Assembly (NCBI GenBank): GCA_051362555.1
Contig: CM120648.1
Location: forward strand, 9,110,587-9,174,586
Source: Lingula anatina
Taxonomy: Eukaryota > Animalia > Brachiopoda
DNA: 64,000 bases
Reading direction: 5' to 3'
The notes beneath the pieces were generated by a model. That model did not search any database. It worked only from the letters and a program-made list of their open reading frames with translations, and was not told the DNA's origin. How positions within the stretch are numbered: the first letter of the stretch is position 1; every line of letters starts with the position of its first letter. A program made the translations under genes and the position numbers. Below are positions 54,601 through 64,000 of the stretch, one piece after another.

Positions 54601-57600
54601 TCAGATCCAATTTGTGATTTAATGGATGAACCTTAGCCTATGGTGGAGAGCCAGTATATTACTTGTGTGACTGACCGTTTTAATTTCCAGAGGCAGTAAA
54701 CTAAACGGACCATGGCACCAACAACTATTCAGGAACCACCAGCTGTTTTTATAACCAATGGATCTACTGGGGGCGTATTTTGTTTGAACATGTTCTCAGT
54801 TTGGAAACCCTTGTTTTTCTGTCTATTTCAGGATAATCAAGCCTTTGATCATAGACGAAGGTTACGTCAGTATAAAGAATCAAGTGATCAAGGCAGAGAG
54901 AAGGGTCCTGAAGGAGCTGGGCTTCTGCGTTCACGTCAAACATCCACATAAGGTACGCTGATGTCCTAAAATGCCTGTGGGTTATTCTTACAATGGCTCC
55001 TGTAATAATATGTGGATTTTCCTGTTGCTTTGTCGGCTCTTAATGGCACATAAAACATTATGGCTTTGGCAAAGAGTCTTTCATTTATTGAGGATATAGA
55101 AATTCTTTAAACATTCACAGAATGGTCTAAAATTTTAATGTCATAGATTTAAAGCTATTTGGCAATAATAATATGAATAATGATGATAAATAAAATAATA
55201 ATGAAAAGGATGTTTCCACCATTGTTCATGGACAATTTGTAAAACTAATCTTCATGGCATTTCCCTGAATTTGATGTTGTAGTAGTATTTGTATCCTGTA
55301 AATCATTGCTGCATCTCTCTTGAGAATCGCCTGATAAATTGAAGCAGAAAGACTCTGTGAAGGACATGGACTTTTTTATTAGTCTTCTAAATAGATAAAT
55401 GCTTGGGTGATCAATATATTTTTCCAACGCCTCGTGATGGCATATGCTTCAAGATTGAGAGCAGAGATCTAAAACTTTGAGGGCTGAAGGCTGGTCTTAC
55501 CTACCACCACTACAACAAGGTAAGTGAGGGCAAGGGACAAAGGAGTCGAGCTGTACCCTAGATAACATTGCCGTTTTCTATTTTCTATCCTCAGATCATC
55601 GTGATGTATCTACGAGTGTTGAAGAGCGAGCGTCACCAGCGCCTTGTACAGACAGCATGGTAAGTTCCGGGTTTCTTTAACACTCTACGAAGTTTGTTTG
55701 TAGTCCATTAGCATTGTTGAACTGGGGTTTTAAGGTTAACTGTATTATGATGTGTACTGAAAGTAAAAGTAGTAAAAGTATTGAAACAAGAATCATTGTA
55801 AGAAAGTCTCAGGCTAGCATATTTGTCTTTGTTTCTTGTCTTTATCCTAAATTTTTTTTACTGTATGGATTGCAAATTGGAAAATTCAAGAAATGTCCTT
55901 TGTTTTCTTGGTTGAAGAAAGGACCTTGAGTTTTGATGAGATTGTATGTGCTAGCGTGAGACTTGTCAGAAATTAAGAGGAAAAAATACTCATTCAATAT
56001 ATAGATGTTGAAACTGATGTCGATTCTCAGATGTTGGGCGACTTCATATCAGTCTTCTTGTTATGTATGATTGATTAGGTCATTGAGTAAACAAACTTAT
56101 TGTTAAAAGAATTACATTGTAGGACATGATTATTGATTCTTTAAGATGATTTTCTATAAGCTGAAATGTATGTTTTTGTGTATTGTTGTGAAAAACAAAT
56201 GCAGAATGTATTAAATGTATGGAGAACAGTATATTTTCACTTGTAGTCATTTACGTGGTGTCTGCTGTCAATGAAAAAAATTGTTATTAATGTCAGTAAA
56301 AGAATACTATATTTTTAGTTTGTGCACAAGATTTTTAAGTTTTAAAGCTTTGGATAAATTCATCGAAAAAGGAGTTTGACAAAAACCTCAGAGATTAAGT
56401 AAAGAATAGTTGAGGTCTCTCCAAAGTGATTGTAGAAATTTTGAAATTTTGTGCACAGCCCCAGTGCAACAATGTATGCAGTTACTACAAGCATTCTTCA
56501 TAAATTGTTCATTATTAATCCACAGAGACCTGTATTAATACTTTACTTTTTCCTTTTGCCTACCCAGCTTAGGTGGGTAGAAGTGAGACACATGAGTTGA
56601 TCAGAGAACAACCAGATGTCCTTGACCTCTCCCAAGCTGTGATTGGTCGGGATGTGTAAAAGGTCAAAGGTCATGTACAACAGCCTGTGACTGAGCCAGT
56701 GTAACCTATTCTTAACATCATAATGGTCGCCACATATCTGGATGCAAGATGGCGGAGAAGATGCAACGCTTGCCGTAGGGAGCATGGTACATGCTTCCTC
56801 TCATAAGGGGGGCACATGCTACAATGGTGTGAGCAGCATGCGTTCTCTTGATGATCAAAGTTATTAACATGTTTTTACCTCTGATAAAATGCAGTTGTAT
56901 ATATATGCATTTGTGTATCTTTTCATTTTCATTTTCTGGCAGTTGTGACTGCTCTCTAAGTAACTGTTACTTAACTCAGATGACCGACTTTCTTTCACAA
57001 GGTTCAAGTATATGTTGGTCTTAGAGATGTGTATCTATGTATTTGCAAAAGAAAGAAGGCAGTGAGTAACTTTGTTAAAGAAAATTTTGCTGTAAGGAGA
57101 AAATTGAACTTACAAGGTGTACAGGCAAATGTTGCAGGTTGCAGGCGTAGGACTTGATATCATTCATGGCTAAAAGGATGTGGAATAGCCTACTAACTCT
57201 CTCCAAGCAGATCAGGGCCAGCCAGATTGGAAAGACTTAACCAACCAGGCATTGTATAGACCAGAACTCTATAGTTCCAGAATCATGGAAGGATCTCCAA
57301 AACATGGAGGGAGAAAAAGTGTCCCAAAAAGAACAATTGATGAGATGTGTGTTTAAAATGTTGCTCCCATTCAGCACCTAATATCCAGGATGTGTATTCT
57401 CTTGAAAAGGTTTGGGTTGATCAATGCTCTGTGTTTCCACCACCCTAAGTTGTCTGTATAGAAATGTTGATACATGCGAAGGTGAATGTGATATCATGTT
57501 TCCCCTCAACCCATGCTGAGTTCTCACTCTACCCACCTAAGCTGCAGGTCAGGAAAAGGAAAGGTAAAACTTAGTGTAAATATTCCTTGCTCACCAATGG

Positions 57601-59934
57601 TGAATAGGCGTATATGTATATATATATTAAAAAAAAAAAAAAATCTTACATAATGGTCCAATGAAAAGGGGAGTTGAAAATCTTGCATAACCATTCATTG
57701 TAAAAGGAAGTTGAAAACTTAAAAGGGTACTGTATTCTCTTGAGATGCGACTTCGGAAATTTCGGACAAAATCATGTGTGCATCATAAGCTCTGACAAAC
57801 ATTCAGTGTTTTAGCACCAGCTTTGACAATCGATCTCTGTGACATTTGTATGCCTCATTGTGCATGCTGTTAAAATATTTTGTAGGAACTACATGAATGA
57901 CAGTTTCCGTACGGACGTGTTTGTGAGGTACTACCCAGAGACCATAGCCTGTGCCTGCATCTATCTGGCTGCCCGGCAACTCAGGGTAAGAAACACTTGA
58001 CTGGCTTTTGCTTACTTTTAAAGTAAGCTATTGCTTAAGCTACATATATTTATTATTTTTTATTGCCCAACCTGGAGGTTGAGACTTACTCTCACACAAA
58101 AAAATGAATTGCTAAACATCCTGGCTTACATTTTCAAACTTTTATAAGAAGGTTACATTTTCAGACTTTTATTACAAAGTTATCTCTAAAAACTTCTGTT
58201 TCTCAAAAGAAAAGATTAAAAAAATTATTAAAAAAGAAAAAGTAAAAAAGGTAAAGCATATTACAAAGAAAACTTACCCCGTCCTCCATATTTCTTTCAG
58301 ATTCCTATGCCTAGCAGTCCGCGCCCCTGGTTTGAACTGTTTGGTGTGGAAGAAGAAGACATCCGCGCCATCTGTATGACCTTGCTCAAGTTGTATGCCA
58401 GACCTAAGGTGAGAAGCTTGTTTAGAATACTGGAGTTGTATAATGATAGAAAACCCATAAATTTATTTGCTTTTTTTTTGGAAAAAAGGAAAGTTATTTC
58501 TTTTGTAACATAGTATTTTTGTGATGGATTAGAAAATTTGTTTCTAGTAAGTGATTGCGGATGGTATGTACAAATGTTTTATATTAACTTCTTTTTGAAA
58601 GACATAAAATTAGAAAATGAGCAAGAATCAAATGTAAATGATTTAATTTCCAGCCTAATGCAGAGAAGCTGGACGCTCTAGTCAAACAGTGCCACCAGAT
58701 CATCAATGATAAGAAGAAGACGTTAAAGGACCTAGGAATCTCCGCGGGAAATACTCCAAACTCCACTTCAAGGCCTTGTAAGTTCTTTTTTTACAAAAGA
58801 AAAAAAAATGCATACGGATAATTTTTCTTGAAGAGCGCTTTTAGTTTGTGACAGTTGTAGACCAGTTTCTCAATGCTAGACATGTAGTGAAATTTCTCAA
58901 TGATGCACACCTTGGAATACTAAGAGAAAGATTATTTCCGCATAAATCCACAGAACACTTTTGCTTGATGATTGATTTGTACTGCTTCTCTGTCCACTTG
59001 TTAAGATCTGAAACTGGTAACTAGCTTTGTAAAGAATGAACCTTTGAAAAATAAAAGTCACTTTCTCTTTCTTTCTCTCTGTAGCATCCCCAAAGAATGT
59101 CAGCCCTTCTCCCCACACCCTAGTCGCCAAGGTGAAGCAGGAAGAGGACAGGTCGGACAGGAGTGGAAGCCTCAAGGACTACAACCATGTAGATCGCAAG
59201 AAGAAAAGAGGTCACACGCGTAGCAGGAGTAGGAGCTCTTCTGTGCCAAGAAGTTACAAAAACAGGTGGGTTTTGCAAGGCGCTGGCCTTATAATCTGTA
59301 GACTTGTTTGACACAGTTGTAGAATCTGGCGAATATTATTACGTGAAGATAGCTGACTGTATATAAAATCTGCTTTGTGATTTTGGTCTCAGGGCCTTTT
59401 GTTAAGGATAAGGGGACATTAAATGCAAGTGACATAACATAATTGGTTTGTGGTCAGTTTTGTAAGGAATATCTGGATAATGCTATTTGTATTCTAAATA
59501 AGTATTAACCTTACCCTTTCTTTTGTTCAGCCTCCTGGTATTATCTTTTGTATTTCAGAAATACCTCAAGCAGAAGTCACAGCAAAAGTCCATCACCTAA
59601 GAAGAAACGACATTCTCCCCCTAGAAAATATAAGAAGGACAAAGCTTACGACCACTACGATCCCAAAGACAAGCATCGCAATGTGCACAAGCGTCGAAGG
59701 AGCAGGTCTCTCTCGCCTCGAGCAAGGAGCCGTAGTCGCTCTTACAGCCGCTCTCCCGATCGCAAACACTCCAAGAAGAACTTGAAGGAGAAAGAAAGAT
59801 ACAGGTCAAGGTCGAGGTCAAAGGATCGCCATAGGTCCAAGAAACACGGAGGCAGCGCCAATGGGCATCACAAGTCCAGTGAAAAGTATAAAGCCTATGA
59901 TAAGCATAGATATGATGATAGGTATAGAAGATGA
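51677..59934 (+). CDS. CCNL1: Cyclin L (CCNL1/CCNL2 ortholog; cyclin folds + C-terminal RS domain), 10 exons, ~487 aa
   Basis: Exons 51677-51880, 51992-52066, 52277-52386, 54832-54952, 55595-55659, 57886-57985, 58301-58408, 58654-58777, 59085-59265, 59559-59934. Motifs [69 protein letters not shown]-rich tail. Confidence 0.95.
55429..55491 (+). ncRNA. Candidate intronic box C/D snoRNA-like RNA
   Basis: Terminal stem GCCT/AGGC, box C-like GTGATGG (55434), box D CTGA (55484); no target recognised. Confidence 0.25.
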
Positions 59935-61085
59935 TGAGTCCTGATTTAAGTTCTGTTGTGAAGTATGTACTTGTATGATGACTCTGTTCTGTTGCCTTTA
60001 CATTGATTGGTACCTTTGGTGGTGGCGTTTTGTCTTTTTTTGGCAAATTCGGATTTCTTTTTTCTCACACTTTGGCAGTCTAGTGACAGCTAGGGAGAAG
60101 CATAAATTTATTAGCGAAAAGATAAAATCCAGAAGTTAAAGTAAAAAAAAAAGGCTAAAAAAATATTATGTAAACTTAAAGAATATGAAAGAAAAACTTA
60201 CTGACTTGCACTTTCCAATGAATAGGTTAACATGTGAGATGTAGGAGAGGATGCGTCTCAGGGATCCTTTGGTTGTATAGCTTGAAATGTTTGAAGAGTA
60301 AGTCAACTGATTAACGATACACGTTCACTGTATTCTGTTTATGAAATGTTTGGGGTATAGTTACCAGAACATATGTAAATAAAGCATATGACAGCCCATA
60401 TGTATGTTGTGTAGCACTAAGCTAAGGTAGACTTGAAAATTTTTGTGAAAAACATGGATTAAAATTTTTTCTCCTCAAGTTCAATCATGGGATGCGACAG
60501 TTTGTAGAAAAAAGGAGTTTGTAGTTGTTGTTGCATATATTTTTATTTATCTTGAGTCTACTCGAAACTGAGAGGTTAGGAAGCAACATTTCCTCCCACA
60601 ACATGTAAGAATTCCAAAGTACTGGGAATGTTGTTCATATCTGTTGAACCATATACATCAGGCAGTTATAGAGGCTTGTAGAAATGTGCATGTCCAACTG
60701 AATTTAGAGCTTATTTTTATAGGCTTGTCTATTTAGGAATCTGCTTAATCCTCTTGGCATTAGATGTACAGTGCCTTACTTGGCCACATTTGCTTCACTG
60801 TGTAGTTATACATTTAATTGATGTTTTGTAATTTTCTTTCTGCAAATTGTGAAAAATGAAATAATCCCCCTTGTATATATGTAAAATAGTGAAAATATTT
60901 ATTTTTATTGTAATACTTCTTAGATATAGGGGCTGCAAAATTGCAGTCTCCCAATTTTCAGGTTTGGAAGGGTATTCACACAAGTTGTTGACAAGACTGG
61001 ACGATAAACAAAGTGCCATCGTGCAATTTTTTCCTCTCAAATATTACAGACAATAAGTTTGAGCCTTATTGTTGCTACTCATTAC

Positions 61086-61149
61086 AATAAAGCCAGTATT
61101 TTAATAAAAAAAAAGTCAAAATGTTTTTGTTCAATCTGCATTCTTTATT
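61086..61149. terminator. Convergent polyadenylation signals of cyclin L (+) and DDX19 (-)
   Basis: AATAAA at 61086 and 61103 on +; TTTATT at 61144 (AATAAA on -). Confidence 0.5.
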
Positions 61150-61815
61150 TATAGAAAATATACTTTGAACAAGTAAATGTTCATTTTATAATAGTTTGCG
61201 GTAATGAAATGAACAGTGCAGTCAACTTCTGAGTCCTACTGCCAAGTGAAAAAATAATAACTTGATGGAATCTCTTTCAACGTGTTGCATCACCCAAGAG
61301 CTGCCAAAATCAGAAGTTGAGCAGAATACCTAAAAATGCATGTTCTTCAGCATATTTTATTTGCAGATCTAAAATAAGCATTGCAAATTGTCCTCAAATT
61401 AAAAATAGTGAATACTGAATAGACCTTATGGGTAAAAGTAGTTATAAAACGTCACACTGTTCTCAATAAACCTTTGGCTCTATAGTTCAGTGTTTGCATT
61501 TCAAATATGAATTTGACAAAACCAAATAATTCACCTAATGTCATATGAACTTTCTCAATTGTCAGAATTTTTTTTTCAATGGTTGGAAATTTTCAGATTT
61601 GTGCAAACGGCAACCCAGGAAAATCTCCAAATGACGTGACGGTCCAGATTGCAACATAAGTTCTGTCATAAGACTGCAGTGAAACTCAAGATTTCTCTGG
61701 CAGCTCTTCAAAGAAAGGCAATCTGTTTATCTTCTAAAACTACATCCTGTAAACTTGCTGCTTAAATAACTGCCTGTTTTCTTTTAAAACTTTAAAATCT
61801 GTCATAACACATCCA

Positions 61816-63615
61816 CTAGGAGGTGATCTTTTCTATTTCATCCATATCTTCAGCATCCAGATGATAGATCTTCTTGCCTGAAAAACATCAAAAAAATCTG
61901 TAACTTGCTGATTTAACTATTATGACACTGTGTGAAACCATTTATAAGTACAGTTTCTTTGACATAAAGACAGTTTCACAATTACCAACATTGGTTGTCT
62001 TTTGAATATAACTTTAGATTCTATTATTTCTCAAGTTAGCAAACAACCTATCAAAAGAATTTTTTCAATTTAAATTCTACATTTTATTAACAGGATGCTA
62101 AAAATTTAACTTTATAATGAGTACAAATGTGACAATAAATAGCTACTATTACTATCAACTGGTATCAAGATAGTTACAATCTTTAACCAAAAAAACTTAC
62201 CAAAATGAGCTTCAATCTTCTTCAAGTTATGCAAGTTTCTGTCGCTGTCTATCATGTTAATAGCAAGACCAGACTTTCCAAACCTGCCCGTCCGCCCAAT
62301 CCTGTGGAGGTAAGTTTCACAATCGGGGTTCCCTTTTTGATCTATAGGGAGGTCAAAGTTCACCACCACGGTGACCTGCTCAATATCTATACCTGAAAGA
62401 GATGACAAAGACTTGCTGCTAACAAATTGTTAATTCAATAATCCAGAAAAAAATTAAATGATAGGTTGAAAAATTTGGTCTGAAAATGGGGAATACATCT
62501 TAACGCCCATACAGATATGGACATATTCAAATTGGAAATCAGACCAGAATGGGTTCTCTTATGGGCAGATCACCTTGAAAAGGGACTCTACAGAGCCAGT
62601 AGCATATTAAAGATTAAAATCACCCCTGGTTAATCAATAAATTTCCATTGTCTGATGACACAAGCCAGTGTAACAAGAAGTGAAGTCTGGGCTCCCATAT
62701 GATAAGTATAGGTTAGGGTTAGTCGGAGTATTGGGCTCAGTATACGAGATGAATGTCACCAAAGTAAAGGGAGTAGAAGTAAAGGGAGATGGACTACGGT
62801 TCCTAGCAGACTTCCATTTCTGTTACACCAGCTCTGATTTCTGGTCCAAATGTTGACCTGGTCTGCCCAGACCTTCCATACACACCTCTGGCAGACACAT
62901 TGGTGGTTATCAGGACCTTCTCTTTTCCCTCCCGGAACCTGTTGATGACACTGGACCTCTGTTCTACCGTCAGCTCTCCGCTGAGAAGTGCCACGGCATG
63001 ACCCTCTTTGCTCATCTGCTCAGATAGCCACGACGCAGTGCGACGAGTCTGGAAAAGGAAGAAGAAATCTTTGAGTTCATCTTTTAAGACAGACAGCCAA
63101 GATGCAGTGCGACGGGTCTGGAAAGAAAAAAGAAAACTTGTCTATCTTTTAAGACAGATAAGCAAGACCCAGTGTGATGGGTCTGAAAAAGGAAAGAAAG
63201 CGTTGAGGTCATCTTTTAGGACAGATGGCCAAGATGCAGTGGAAGGGTCTGGAAAAGTGGTACAATTTTTTCCCAATTGCATTCAGCAAGAGTCCCCATG
63301 GAGTGAGTGCGTGTCAGCTAGGTCAGTATAAAGAATGGTCCCAAAGTCAAGTATTTAAACCTAAATATCGCACTTACATGACAAAATATCATGCTCTGAC
63401 CGATGGAAATGGTGCCATATATATTGGACAGTGCCTGGAATTTCTCCTGCTGATCTCTGCACATGATGTAGAATTGCTTGATGTTGTCGAGACTCTCCTC
63501 CTCCCTGCGTAGACGTATTACGACTGCATCTCGTACCACTGCCTGCGCAAATCTCATGACAGGTTCGTCATAAGTGGCAGAGAATAGGAGCATCTGGCAG
63601 TCCTTTCTTAGGCCT
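61816..63615 (-). CDS. DDX19: ATP-dependent RNA helicase DDX19/DBP5, last four exons (gene continues beyond window)
   Basis: Exons 63615-63378, 63048-62886, 62392-62201, 61877-61816. Motifs [49 protein letters not shown]. Confidence 0.93.
63020..63258 (-). repeat. ~65-69-bp tandem repeat spanning a DDX19 3' splice site
   Basis: Four copies of polypyrimidine-CAG plus the first ~28 nt of the exon; exon starts would be 63048, 63117, 63182, 63248. Confidence 0.85.
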
Positions 63616-64000
63616 CTAGAAATATTGAAAACACATTTTATTGCAGCTTTATGACACTTAGATAACTTATAAGAATACCCCTTGAATAAAAAATGGATGA
63701 ATCCAGACCTCTAGAAATGATTAAAAAAGTTAACTAAATATTAACAATTACTTAACTTTATACAAAAGATAACCTTTGAAACTAAAGAAGAACCATCTTG
63801 CAGTCTTTTCTAAGAGCTCTAAAGATAACAAAAAAGAAATAATTTGACATATAAGAAACTTATACTCAGAATAGTCCTGAAAGAAGCAATAAACAAACTC
63901 AGTTTCTGTAAGCTAAACTTTTTTCAAAACATCCCAGGCCAATTCCAATTCCATGCCATTACATCAAGTACATACAGCTAATATTGCACTCATGCAATCT

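Noticed and set aside
59621-60046. 141-aa antisense ORF over the cyclin L last exon
   Set aside because: Shadow of the RS-rich coding strand; no recognisable domain.
62708-62722. TTAGGG-like motifs (also ~31120) as telomeric repeats
   Set aside because: Only one or two imperfect units; expected by chance.
62803-62885. Read-through of the DDX19 exon as an alternative C-terminus
   Set aside because: Simple intron read-through that would delete helicase motif VI; no supporting signal.

Overview
Eukaryotic, AT-rich, intron-rich animal DNA. Repeat types and intron style suggest a mollusc or other lophotrochozoan (inference). Manual exon assembly (GT-AG sites, phase-checked) gives the 3' end of one SLC25A11 copy, then six genes in strictly alternating orientation: a complete tandem SLC25A11 copy (+), PARK7/DJ-1 (-), FHAD1 (+, 26 exons plus a Gly/Ser-rich cassette), SDF4/Cab45 (-), cyclin L (+) and the 3' part of DDX19/DBP5 (-). 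Non-autonomous transposons are abundant: a 337-bp TTAA-target Kolobok-like family, other TIR MITEs, fold-back elements, and a Helentron-type element with a 146-bp tandem array. Best leads: (i) tandem repeats that duplicate splice sites in three genes; (ii) several stop-containing cryptic exons and a snoRNA-like segment in cyclin L introns; (iii) a mitochondrial-presequence-like extension on DJ-1; (iv) a 600-nt low-complexity cassette exon and an alternative first exon in FHAD1; (v) a SLC25A11 duplication with reciprocal filled/empty TE sites. Gene names rest on recalled protein similarity, not database searches. No prokaryotic systems or CRISPR arrays are present.
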